A stretch of DNA of 64,000 bases from Macrostomum lignano. Lineage: Eukaryota. This document shows positions 25,825 through 38,125 of the stretch, one piece after another. A program made the position numbers and the translations under genes. Where the stretch lies: positions 1 through 64,000 of the forward strand of contig NIVC01001847.1 in the NCBI GenBank assembly GCA_002269645.1. Reading direction: 5' to 3'. Under the pieces are notes generated by a model. It did not search any database, had not been told where the DNA came from, and saw only the letters and a list, made by a program, of their open reading frames with translations. Numbering within the stretch: position 1 is the stretch's first letter; the number at the start of each line of letters is the position of its first letter.

Positions 25825-27498
25825 TGAACTTTTCTAATTCTCTTAATAGTAATTCTTATTTTGCTGTCCACAAATCTTCATTAAAACGTTACATATTCCC
25901 CTTGACAGTTGCAGAGGATACTTGCTTTTATATGTTACATGCATGTACTGTAGTTTGTAGATTCCCATATATCAAATTTTTATGTACAGCTTTATATGCT
26001 CAATAACTTTGCCGTAAAGGTATAGTTATATATAGCTATTAAAGTAAGTAACGACAGTAGATCAAAGCAAGCAAAAACAAAGTTATTTAGCAACTGTCAC
26101 GAATCAAGTGTTCACGAATCACAAATCGAGAGTGTATGTAATAAGGTGACCTTTACGAATGCCTGGTAGCATCTATACAGTATTTAATTGATAGAGCAAC
26201 AGGTGGATTACGTACCTTTTCAGACTTTTATGTATCCCGAGTATTTTTCAATCGGAAAATGCGAAAAAATTAGTATTCAGACGTTTCACTTCTCCAATTA
26301 ATTTGAATAACTCTGATTGCGTACTTTACTCTTAGGGAAATTCAGTAGTTTCTATTACAGACGGCTAGCTAGAGAAATATCAAGCACTCAATCGAAGTAC
26401 CTGGCGTTACATTACAATTCGGAAATCAACTTTCAATATTTTCCAATACTTTAAGTGTGTACTCACGGTGAGCTGTTACCATTAAAGCACTCTCGGAATT
26501 GAGTTTTGGCTGCTGTATTTTGGAGTTTTGCGATGGTATTGCGAAAAGTTATCATCTTTATCAGAGATTATAGCTACATGTAAGTATTGAGGTCGGCTGA
26601 GTGCTCTATTATAATTTATATGTAGATGTCAAGCTATTTCCAAAAGGCAAATTATAATTCAGAGGTAGAGTGGAATAAGACTAATAGACTAGTAGACTAA
26701 GTAGATAGTAAAGATCTCATCAACCAGGCCAATCTTTAGCTAATCAGAATTTCAATTCAACTGATCAACGATTGCGTTGACAATCGAGCTCTACATTCGA
26801 AAGAGCAACCAGTTTTAATTTTCTGGCATCCAATAATTCCGACACTTTTTGGTTGTGACAGCTTCGATTTTCAAACAGTTTCGACAAACTGCGATACAGA
26901 TTCGACAGCTGGCATTACATTTCCAACAAACATTCAATCAGTTCTAACAATTGACAACCAAATCCGTCAAATAGGGGTAGAAATTTTCCTGTTGGCGCAT
27001 TATCGTTTTTTTCTGGTTGAAATTTCCATTCCACAAATTCTATTTCAATCGATATTTTTCAATCGATAAAGACGAGTAAATTAGGCACTAAATATAGGCA
27101 AAGTATCTTCTGCAAACCTTTTACATTAAAATGTATTGACTTTCTTTTACAGGTGGGCCTGAGCCCTGAGATGTATGTATACACAAGCAAATCGAAAGAG
27201 ACAAAAACAAGCAACCTAATCAACCGTAAGAACATCAATGTTCTTTCTTTCAATACTGAATATCGGTATTGGCAATATGACAATATCAATAACCAAAGAT
27301 GCAAAGAAAGAAAAAAATATAAGTCTGAATGGAAATTACAACGTTACAAATGTATTTGAATTTACGGACTTCTTGAACTTTAGGTAGATAAAATAGTTGC
27401 AGTTTTGATAGGATCATAATTTTGTCGCTATAGGGGTTTTTTATGGTGCTGATTTCAAATTTGAGCTTAATTTTTTTGTAGCTTAAAGCCAACCACCG

Positions 27499-27935
27499 GG
27501 ACATGGGGAATGGGGGGTTTTAGGGTGGGGAGAATCTTCATGGGGATTGATTTTACCTACCTAAACTTCAATAGAGGCATGGGGGTCTATGTAGATTAGG
27601 TAGGTAAATTCTAAACCTAAGGGGGGTCTGATGAGGGGGGTGGGCCAATAACCACCAACCATTAGGACATGGGGAATGGGGGTTTAGGGTAGGGAGAATC
27701 TTCATGGGGATTGATTTTACCTACCTAAACTTCAATAGAGGCATGGGGGTCTATGTAGATTAGGTAGGTAAATTCTAAACCTAAGGGGGGTCTGATGAGG
27801 GGGGTGGGCCAATAACCACCAACCATTAGGACATGGGGAATGGGGGTTTAGGGTAGGGAGAATCTTCATCGGGATTGATTTTACCTACCTTAACTTCAAT
27901 AGAGGCTGGGGTCTATTGTAGATTAGGTAGATAAA
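27499..27935. repeat. G-rich direct repeat, ~165-bp unit, about 2.6 copies
   Basis: Units start at 27499, 27665 and 27829 (ggacatggggaatggggg...). Confidence 0.92.
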
Positions 27936-29747
27936 TTCGGAGACTGAGGGTTCCAGAGTGGAAATGTAATGAAGCTTAAATAAAACATTCAGCAAGTTAT
28001 CAAACACCTCCATCGAGAAAAATTATAATCTTATCAAAGTAATTGATATCAGCAGCTATAATTACCTTTCAGAATAGAGAAGACAACGCAGATTAGTAGA
28101 CATTAAGTATACGTAAACATTTAAAGAATGTACAGCTAGTCACAACCATGAGAGAACAAAGCGAATCAAAAGCAGGAGGCGAGGGCGGTGGCGAACCCGC
28201 TTAAAAAATTGAAGCCGATTCCTGGTTAAATTCCAAGTTAAACTGTGAATATTCAAGGTTTATCTAGGAATGACAGTTAAGATCGCTTCCAAGTTAAACT
28301 GACGTTTAAATTAATTGCACTTTAACAATGCCTTCAGATGCGCCGCGCAATAGTTGCGGCTGAGCTGTCGGTTGCACATCGGCCGATTGGGCAGGTGTAA
28401 TCAATTATTATTTTATTATTACTTTAACAAAGCACGGTCAAAAAAGTGAAAAATGGCTGTTAAACTTAGCTAACTGTAAATAAATTTTTAAGTTTAAAGT
28501 TAAAATATAGGCTGAACTTCTGTTACACACATAAATAAAACACAGCATGAAAAGTAATAGATTTGAATGTTATCGCGCGCTGCTCAGATAGTTTTTATTT
28601 TACAAGCGCGCGCATTCACTTGTATTATGAACTGTCGAATTATTGCGCGCAATCTTTTGGGACATAACTTTCAGACCATAATCTATAAGATTTTACTACA
28701 GCCGCATCTGGGGCATGAGTTTAAAATTTTGACGCGGCTGAGACGCGGCAGCAACATGGAAGTGCGCATTCTCTGTTTTTGCCTCAATCTCGAAATTAGC
28801 TTTCGTTTGTTCATTTCTACTATTTAAAGGGTATTAATAACCAAAATAATTAAAGATCTAAGCGATAGGTGTGCAACTATACTACTAGTTACTGTTTAGT
28901 CCTTGGTTTGTGTTTCTTGCTATTTATAAAGAAAAGATATTTTTATATAATATATCTTTTGAATTCTGTCTTGAAACTTTCATAGTACAAGACACATTGA
29001 ACACGAATTATGTTTGATAATTATACTAATGTATATATTAGCAAAATTTTAATTGCATTGTTCTAATAAAAAATAATAGTTAGAAATCTATAAAAAAGCA
29101 TTACTTTTTGTTCCTCTATCCTCAATTTTAGCAGCCAAAAGTTTTAAAATGTAAGAACTATCTCAGCTTTTAGGTAGCTTCATTTTAGAGAGATATTTTT
29201 CATACATATTTGAAATAAACAACTAAAATGGTTCACAGTTTTATAGTCACTCAAAATCCTGCTTATCAATGAAAATTCCTTTTAAGGCATTTAGAATTTA
29301 GTATTGAATCATTATAAAGCAATAAATAACTTTAAATCATTAAATCACACAAATAACCTGTTTGCATGCACTTGCATTTGCACTTTGAGCTCCCATCATT
29401 TGATTTTTATCCTCAGTAGTATTTTGTCCTTGTTATTTTTCATAAAATATTTTTTATTGTGATTAGTGACTTCTAGCTTTATCATGTCAGATAAAAAGCA
29501 ATGTATAAGCTGTTGGGCATGTAGAAGCTGTCAAAAGCGATCATAGTTTTCTTGAATAATATAGGTATATATGTCTGGAACAAGTAGAAAGTTTAAAAAG
29601 TACTAACTGTAAAGTTGTAAAACTGCCAAAGTTGGTAGAAGAAACACAAAGGCTAATAAAAAATGTGCTTCACAAAAATAGTGCAGTACCATCGAAAAAT
29701 ATGACTAATTTTATTTTCACTGTCCTTGCAGTTATTTCAGGTTGCAC

Positions 29748-30929
29748 ATGGAGCACCAATTAAACAAATGGTTTGTAGTTCGCTTTGCTCAGAATGCGAT
29801 GCAAGCCGTCAATGAACAGGACTTGTGCGTCATTATTGCAGGGAGCAAAGAAGAGGCTCCTCTACGTCTATGCTACGGGAGGAAAGTACATGTAGCCGTA
29901 GCTGGACGCTCCTCGAGCAGTTTACAACCCGGGACTCTGATGGTCCCTGCTTTGCCTACCTTTGCGGTGATCAGGAACTGCCTCCCAATCATGGAATAGA
30001 GACGGTGAGAATGATATGCTGGACAGCGCCTGGCACTTATTTGTTACAGTAGGCGGCTAGCTTGCAAAACTATAGATGAGAAAATGTGGTATTAGCGGTA
30101 CAGTATTTGTGTTATGTTTTTTTATGAATTTCCCTAACCTTTTAGGGGCGCCGACAATCGGCAACCGTGCGACTGGAGCAGATGAACAAAAAGCTCGATA
30201 ATTTGATCGAATTGTGCAGCGCCCAGAGTCACGGTGGTAGGACGGTTGGACAGGCTACACAAGAAAACTCGCCTGAGGCTGAACCACAGGACAGGTTGAT
30301 GGAGGAGCAAAATGGCATCGCGACTGGACAGGACGGCGATGAGGCGGCATGTACATGTAATCTGGATGATGAGCTCCCGGCCGTAACAATAAACAAACAG
30401 CGACTCGACATCGCCATTCAGGCTAATGCTGCGATCGATGCTACGGCAGCCACCAAGCTTTGTTACTAAGAAGCTGCTAATCGAACTATTAGGTATGGAG
30501 GCTTTTCAAACTTAATTAACAATGTCTGTCACTTGCTTGCAAATATAAAGAAATGATTATCATAATTTGAAGTTTTAGGTTTTGCAATTTTATAATAATA
30601 AAAGCGCACTAAAGGTTCGCCATTTATAAAAGTTAAACTTCAACGGCACAGTTATATTTGCTGTTTATTATCATATTTCAGATCGTGATGCTCTTACATG
30701 CGACTCCGGCTCCTATATACAAGTACTACTTAAGTAGAAGGACGCAAGACTCAGAATTGGTGAAAATTTTATTGGAGGCCGATTTTTCAATGTTTCTCCT
30801 GTGTACGCTATTGATCGACAATCCTCCGCCAGTACTGAGGCCCAGCTTGAAATGGCGAAGACGCTAGCTGTCCGCGGCGACTTACTCGACGAGCTGCTCG
30901 CCCCCCTAGAAGCTAAGTGTGTCAGCTAA
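29748..30929 (+). pseudogene. Decayed 3-exon gene remnant, possibly coiled-coil plus BEN-like domain (transposon-associated type)
   Basis: Donor ACG|GTGAGA (30004) is in phase with ctaac-ttttAG acceptor (30145); donor at 30492 and ttcAG acceptor at 30681; frameshifts and stops present; domain call is pattern-level only. Confidence 0.35.
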
Positions 30930-32012
30930 CTGCATTCATTTACAAAAAATCTTATAACATAAAAATTTGGATATAATGCGATTCCCAAAAAACACAGCTT
31001 TTTTATTTCTTATTTTCTTTAGCTTCTACTTACAGACATATCGTGAATACATTCACGCATTCGCTCTTTCCCACGCGCATCTCCACTGCTCACTGTTCAT
31101 TTTTCTTACATTATGGTTAAAATTAAATAAAGAAATAATCGAGATTGGAGACCGTGTAAAAATTAAGAAAAAATTCTACGTTTTTGTCATTAAACAGACT
31201 CGTGTCCGTGATAAGAGTTACGTACTTTTGTTAAATTTAATAGTGTGAGAGTTAGCGTTGCTACGGCGAGCAAAATACGGCTGAGATTCGGCGTCAGGGC
31301 TTCTAAATATGAAATTCCCGATTTACTATTGCAAAAAACTTTGCGCACTACTAACCGCAGTAGATAAATTCGGACATAACTCCTAAATTTTCGCGACGCT
31401 CATTAAATTAAACAATTCTTCTGTCTTCCTATAAATTAAACAATTCTTCTGTCTTCCTACTTTAACTAGGAACGTCTTCCGACTTACCTGATTGGCTGGC
31501 TAACATGGAAGAATAAGTGATTTTAAACTAGCGAATATGGCTTCCATTTTCTATGCGGCGAACCGTGAGTCAGCTTTTTTTAAAAACACTAATTTGACGT
31601 GGCATCCTGATGCACTATAACAAACTGAGTGAAGATAAATTAGAATAGACACTCCTTTTATTAGAGTTAAAAATTTAACCTTCTAAATGTTTTTTTACAA
31701 TGAATTTATCATAATTTTAGATAATATTTACGTTTGAGAGCCATGATTCTAAAAAAGTTTAATTTTCAAACATACAATTCTCCGAAACTACTTGCATCAA
31801 ATTATCATCATCATTAATTACATTGAGGATTAACAAATTGAGCTCCTGTTAACTCTGACGGTAATTTTTTGCAGTTTTCTATGCTTTATTATCACTTTGG
31901 ACAGCCTCTAAGACTCTGGCAAAAGTTTTAGAAAAATCGGAAGTATTTTACGTACCTAAAGTTCAAGAAGTCCGAATTTACTTATAAATGCCTAATTAAT
32001 CTCTTTGTTTAT

Positions 32013-32243
32013 CAGTGGCGTAGCCAGGAATTTCAATTTGGGGAGGGGGCGGGTTGGCCTAGCTGGCCATACGGTATACCATGCCTTATGCCATTGCCAC
32101 TTTTGGCGCACTCATTTTGGCGCCGCAGGCTGTCAGTGTCAGGCACTCAATTGCCTCATGGTTTTTGGTATTCCCCGCGCCCAACCCCATCCCCCAGGCG
32201 ATTATGGGGGGGCGGCCCCCCTGGCCCCCTGGCTATGCCACTG
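32013..32243. mobile_element. hAT-type MITE, 231 bp
   Basis: 16-bp TIR CAGTGGCGTAGCCAGG (1 mismatch); perfect 8-bp TSD TTGTTTAT. Confidence 0.9.
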
Positions 32244-32716
32244 TTGTTTATGAGGATAATTATACAAATGTAGCAGCTTCTTGTTCTTAATAATTAACTT
32301 TAATACTAAATTAAAATTGTGAACTTTATTTCTTGCATGTGAGCATCAATGGCTTTTATTCTATCTTTTGATGTTTTTTAACTTTCTGCTATGCCTGCTA
32401 ATGCTATTGAAACAATCTTAGTATTCATACAACATAGAAACATTTTTATTAATAACTAATTAGCTTAAAGTTTCAAATAAATATGTTAATTCTTTTACCT
32501 TATGGTTACTTTTAGTAGTATTATGCATACAAGATTTTAATTATTATTTATTACTTTTTAGCTTATATAAATTACTTTTAGATGACCTTTGTGTTTTGTT
32601 CAAAAGGTAGAAAAGTAATAAAATGTAACAGTGCATTTTAAAATCAATTTTGGAAATAAGTGTAAGATTTCTGTTTCTATATTTTATATGTTAAATTTAA
32701 TAGATTAATGCTTAAT

Positions 32717-32903
32717 CAGTGGCGCAACCAGGGGGGGGGGAGCTAGGGGGGCAGTTGCCCCTCCTTAGGTGGAGGACCAAACAAACATCAAAGGGGGGAC
32801 CAAGCAAATTTTTGCCAAAAACAGAGCCATCCCTCCATTGCCCTCTTCCTGGGACTTAACCTTCAGAATCCATCCCCTTGAAAAATTTCTGGTTGTGCTA
32901 CTG
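32717..32903. mobile_element. hAT-type MITE, 187 bp
   Basis: 15-bp TIR CAGTGGCGCAACCAG (13/15 match); 8-bp TSD TGCTTAAT/TGCTTAGT. Confidence 0.82.
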
Positions 32904-33515
32904 TGCTTAGTAATAATTTATCAGTTAATTTTTAGCAAACTAAACAAATAAAAGTAAAAAAATATTTTTTTAATGCTAACATTTTTGCCATTAACAAGAG
33001 TTAAGATTTTTATTAATGGTGCCTAACACTACCTGCTAAAGGGAAAACTTTTTTTACCTTTGTATTTGGCTTCTATTGTTTCTATTGGAGATAGATTTAT
33101 GTTTTTATCCTCCTCTAATAAGAATCCTAGCTATGCGCTTGATAGCCATAAAGCCATTTTATAGTTTACTAGTTGCTAAAATTGTTTATAAGAATAGACA
33201 ACAAAGTTGAAAAATCAATCAATAAATTGAACTGACAAATTGATATACCATTTAGCCAACTATCTCCTATATAAAGAAGTAAGAATATGTTAATAAATTA
33301 TTTGAAAAGTCTTAAATATTTAGTTTATTTTTTTTAAATCAAATAGTTTGATTAATACCATTATGAAAAAGTAGTCAATGACTTTCTATAATATTTTTAT
33401 GATCTTTTTAAATTATCCATTGATTGATTCTAGCCATCTTGTTAAAATCTTATTTTTTTCATTTAATTTACCATTGACTATACAAGTTTTTAGCTATCTT
33501 ATGATACCCAAGTTA

Positions 33516-34344
33516 CGAGGGGTGTCCCAAAAGTTCCCGGAATGTCTAACGTAACTCTTCAACAGAGCCATGAAATTTCATGCCCATGGTGTCAAATGAA
33601 AGGAAATTTTGTCACAAAGAATACAAAGTTAAAATCATGTTGATATCTTTTCTTATTCAAGAGCTACAGCAAAAAACTTGCACAAAGGTCAGGGGTAGTG
33701 TTACACAACCTCAACAATCTATGGCAATAATTTTTTCATCTCCATTTTTGGAGTTTTTCATTTTGAATTCATTCACAGCAAACTGGCCATCTCTAAAGCG
33801 TTCAATCCATCCGTAAACTGCAGTTTTTTTCAGGCTGTTCTCACCGTGGATGGAGAATAAGTGGTCAGAAATCTTGGCTCCACTCCATCCTACTGACCAA
33901 AGGGCAAAAACTTGACTTCGCTGACTTTCAAGGCTCTAAAGAGAACTCATTTTCGCAAAGAAATTTCAAGTTGAAAGCAAGCGCTTGGTGCGAATTATCT
34001 GCACTCGCGCAAAAGCTCAGATTAGCTTTATGAGCATTTCTGCTTTTTTCCATAGACACTACCATGTCTTTCTGACACGTCAGTAGCACGAATTCAAAAT
34101 GAAAAACTCCAAAAATGGAGATGAAAAAATTATTGCCATAGATTGTTGAGGTTGTGTAACAATACCCCTGACCTTTGCGCACGTTTCTTGCTGTAGCTCT
34201 TGAATAAAAAAAGATATCAACATGATTTTAACTTTGTATTCTTTGTGACAAAATTTCCTTTCATTTGACACCATGGGCGTGAAATTTCATGGCTCTGTTG
34301 AAGAGCTACGTTAGACATTCCGGGAACTTTTGGGACACCCCTCA
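33516..34344 (-). mobile_element. Non-autonomous Tc1/mariner deletion derivative with 255-bp TIRs
   Basis: Inverted repeats 33516-33770 and 34090-34344; TA TSD; internal minus-strand HTH remnant FALWSVGWSGAKISDHLFSIHGENSLKKTAVYGWIERFRDG. Confidence 0.92.
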
Positions 34345-34624
34345 TATAATGCTAATGAACTTATAAACTTATGAACAGCAAAGGAATATGGAACAGGTAT
34401 AGGCTAAGTAGTACAAAATTAATAAAGTATATAAAAAAAGCCTAGGAAATCCTTTTAGTAGCAGAAAATGCCAAGGCTTAGCTTTGCAAGCAGATGGGTT
34501 TTAGCCACAATAGCAAGACTAGTAACAGTGGCTTAAACATACCCATTCCAAAAAAGTTTAAATAGAAGAATAGAGAATCAATTTATCATATCCTATTGCA
34601 GTGACAATTGCCATACTTTTTTAC

Positions 34625-34825
34625 TTTATGCCATGAGTTTTTTATATATATATATATGTATAATTGTATATATATTGTACATTGTACATTGTATATTGTA
34701 CATTGTATATTATATACACAATATATACAATATACACAATATACACAATATATATATATAATTGTATATATATATATATATATTGTATATATATATATAT
34801 TAATATATATTGTATATATATATTC
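34625..34825. repeat. AT-rich compound microsatellite, (ta)n / attgtac / acaatat
   Basis: Low-complexity tract. Confidence 0.85.
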
Positions 34826-35436
34826 TTTTGCTAAAAGCAATCTGTCTACTTTTGTCTCATTAGGTTAAAATAGGCCCCTATTTGAAGTTTTTAACTCTAA
34901 AAACAATATGAATAACTCAACATATTTATTGTTATATAAATTCTAACTTTTTACTTAATTTTATTCTATCTAAATGGTATTTGTTGTTTGATTTTGTCTA
35001 AGCTATTTTTAGTACTATATTAGAGATTTAGTATATTTAGATTAATTATTTCTATTTTTGGTGGTCATACTGGTAGTTAGGTGGTAAGGGCTAAAGTTAA
35101 GATTGAATGTTTTATCACTTTTAAAGAGCTCTTAGGTCCCTATAAAGATTTGAAGACTTAGGAAACAGAGACTTTTGATGCCACAATAGTGTGTATATGC
35201 ATAGTATATTAGCCTAACATATATGCATAGGTAGTCTATTTGTCTATAGAGCAAGGTAGGTCACCCAAAAAATAGATCAAAAGGCCATATCTAGTGTACC
35301 CTTGTATAGTGTGGCATTGGTCTTGCTACCTAGATTGCTACATACTCTGAATGCTACATGCAGCATGGTCGCAAGCATAGCATTCAGTTGCCTCTTCAAG
35401 GCATCTATCATAGTTTAGGTCTCAGTGTAATATATG

Positions 35437-36173
35437 TGTCCTAGGGGTTACTTCTGCCTCTATTAATTATCTCACAATGCCACCAAAAGCTGTCGTAGGG
35501 CTCTTAATTAATCCTTTGTCTAGCCTTACTTGCTGCCACAAAGCTATTTCTTCTTAATAATTCTACTGGTTGTTAATTGTAATTCTACTGGTAGCGCATG
35601 TACTTCTATTGGTAGCGTATGTACTTCTATTGTACTTTCGGGCCTGAGCGGTCTATTGGCACTGTCTATTCTATTCCTATGCTTCCCCTAATATTATTCT
35701 CTCAGTCCTGGGCGTTCCCTGGATCAGAGGGTCACAGCTTATGCTCTTTCTCTGCCCTGAGGCGATCTTTCCCTCGCTCTGAGGCGGTTCTCCTGCCCTG
35801 AGGCGAATTTACTATTACTGCCCTGAGGCGGTTTCTCGCTTGTAGCGGATCTCAATACTACTCCCGATTTGGGGTTTTTACTATAGAAATGAATAAGACA
35901 CTCTGAACAATTTTCTGATCAAGTTTTTAGCTACTGTTAGAACACACGAAAAGCACAAGTTGATTTCTTGGCCCACTCGGGGCTTCTATTTATACTAGAG
36001 TCTCTCATCAAGTCAAACAAATAATTGTGAAAAAATATTTTTGTAAATCACAACATTTAAACAAAAATACTAGTAATTTCTTTTTAGCGCGGATTTGAAC
36101 TAAAGTTTCTAAGAAAACGAGTTACTATTAGCACTATCGTACAGTATCATACTATTATTAATGCACTGTCTCA
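35437..36173 (-). repeat. 3' LTR
   Basis: No difference from 43795..44531 found on manual comparison. Confidence 0.97.
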
Positions 36174-36185
36174 GCTGCCTTCCCT
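36174..36185 (-). other. Polypurine tract (AGGGAAGGCAGC)
   Basis: Immediately precedes the 3' LTR on the minus strand. Confidence 0.8.
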
Positions 36186-36667
36186 AAACGCAAGTTACGA
36201 AAAACAAAAATTTTACAAACAAAAGATGAAATTTTTGGCGTGAGTAAATTGCTCAAAATGCATAAACAAAGGCATAGGCTAAGCAATAATTGTCAGGCAA
36301 AATAAGCTGTATTCATACATAAATTTGTAATAAACAAGGCAATGAAGAAAAATGCTAATATGCAGACAACAAAATTATACAAATGTGAGCTATAAAAGGA
36401 AGGTAGCAAAGTGAACAGCAAAAACTACTGATAAGGCATGTGCAAAAATGGATTTATAAAAGCAATGTATCAAGGCAATGATTAAAAATATACAGTAACG
36501 ATAACTACTAATAATAGTATATAAAAGATGAAATGAAAGCAATATGATTATAGCAATGCAATAGTCAATAGTTAATAGTATGCAGAATAAAAAGACAAAC
36601 TATGAAAGCAGCACAACAATATAGGCACTAGAATAAAAGCATGTCAGTTAATTTCGCATGTTACCGT

Positions 36668-37897
36668 TTAGAAATTGCAGTTTCTGGGAAGGTCCCGGAA
36701 TTCCGGCCAGCCCATCTGCGTGAAGAGCCACCTCAGCTCAATATTCACCAGTTGACGCTGGAAAGGCTGTCGGCTGGCATTGATGTCTCCTCGGACTTGG
36801 TCGGCCACGTACTGCAGAATGGCGAACAATTCGCCGCGCTGATAGCGAGCGCGCAGCTGCCGAAGTCCTGGCCAGATGTATGCGCGTTGAGGCAGCGCTT
36901 GGTCAAGCCTCAGGTGAGCGATGCGCATCATATACGTGCGAATGCCATACATCACCCGCTCCAGCGGGGTGCCATGCATGTCCATCAGTTGCTGCGCCAC
37001 CTCTCGATACGATCTCGTCGGCTGCTGTGGCGCAGGAGGCGGCTGCGGCTGCGGCGTTGACTGTCGTGGCGGCTGCTGCGGTGCTTGCGGCTGACGTGAT
37101 GACGATGGCTGACTTGGCGGTGCTGGCGGTCGTTGCTGAGGCGAAGCTCGGCGTCGCGGTGGTCGATCTGCTGGCGGGTTCGCCAGTTGTACCGTGCGCT
37201 GTCCTTCAGCAGCACACGTCTTGAACACGATTGATTTCACTGGAGCCTTCGCCTGGGCTTCCAGGATAGCGGCGCGCTTCGCCGGTATTGGCTCTGGTCC
37301 TGGCGGTTGGTTTGGCGGTGGCCTCTTCGCGGTTCCTGAGACAGCTCGTGGCCTGGTCGGGTTCCGCAGCGGAGCCTCGCCGATGTCTGGGACTGCGACT
37401 GATGGTCCTGCCGCCTGCTGAACAGATGCTGACTGTTGGATTGGCTCGGTTATTGGCGGCTGATCCGTCAAAGCTGCTGGCTGTTGAGCTGCCGGAGCTG
37501 CTGGCTGCTGAGCTGCCGGAGCCGGAGCTGCGGGCTGTTGAGCTGCCGGCCGAGCTGCTAGCTGTTGAGCTGCCGGAGCCGGAGCTGCGGGCTGTTGAGC
37601 TGCCGGCCGAGCTGCTGGCTGTTGACCGACGATTTGCTCGGCGGCTTGCTCTGCGGCCGGCTCTAGATTATCCATGGACTCATCTAGTCCTAGGAAGTCC
37701 TTAAGAAACTCGTCTAAGTCGTCGTTCATGATTTCTAACCTCTTTAATCGCAATAGTCTAGATAATTGTTCTCGGCCTGAGGTGTGATCGACGGGTCTGG
37801 GGAGCTGTGGGTGTCCGATTACGTATCTGAAAAACTGGACCGCATCTTCGTGTTCGCACGAGTGGGGGTTTAGCAAATTTCTAACGGGCTCGCTCAT
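36668..37897 (-). CDS. Gypsy ORF3, 409 aa, unknown function, not Env-like
   Basis: Intact ORF between pol and the PPT; helical/acidic N-terminus, P/Q/A-rich centre, about 110-aa globular-looking C-terminus; no signal peptide or TM segment visible. Confidence 0.85.
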   Translation of the reverse strand: MSEPVRNLLNPHSCEHEDAVQFFRYVIGHPQLPRPVDHTSGREQLSRLLRLKRLEIMNDDLDEFLKDFLGLDESMDNLEPAAEQAAEQIVGQQPAARPAAQQPAAPAPAAQQLAARPAAQQPAAPAPAAQQPAAPAAQQPAALTDQPPITEPIQQSASVQQAAGPSVAVPDIGEAPLRNPTRPRAVSGTAKRPPPNQPPGPEPIPAKRAAILEAQAKAPVKSIVFKTCAAEGQRTVQLANPPADRPPRRRASPQQRPPAPPSQPSSSRQPQAPQQPPRQSTPQPQPPPAPQQPTRSYREVAQQLMDMHGTPLERVMYGIRTYMMRIAHLRLDQALPQRAYIWPGLRQLRARYQRGELFAILQYVADQVRGDINASRQPFQRQLVNIELRWLFTQMGWPEFRDLPRNCNF

Positions 37898-38125
37898 TGG
37901 CTCACACCGTTACTAAGCGTTGCTAGGATGTTTATGCGGAACGAGTTTCGAACAATACCTGCACAATTCTCTATACTCTACTGTTAGTAATGCGCAAAAC
38001 ATTTTTATTTAATACTGTATATGCAAATTTAATATTTTTGTATTTTTATAAATTTTATGATTTTTACTTTTTATGAGTTTTTTATATTGAGTCTATTTAC
38101 ACATTTTTACATGGATTCGGCTTCA

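Noticed and set aside
31481-31490. ACTTACCTG, resembling the U1 snRNA 5' end or a minus-strand donor
   Set aside because: The following sequence is not U1 and no downstream exon could be assigned
36641-37704. Plus-strand ORFs antisense to ORF3
   Set aside because: Shadow frames of a GC-rich repetitive coding sequence
36668-37897. ORF3 as an envelope gene
   Set aside because: No signal peptide, no TM anchor and no furin site followed by a fusion peptide are visible
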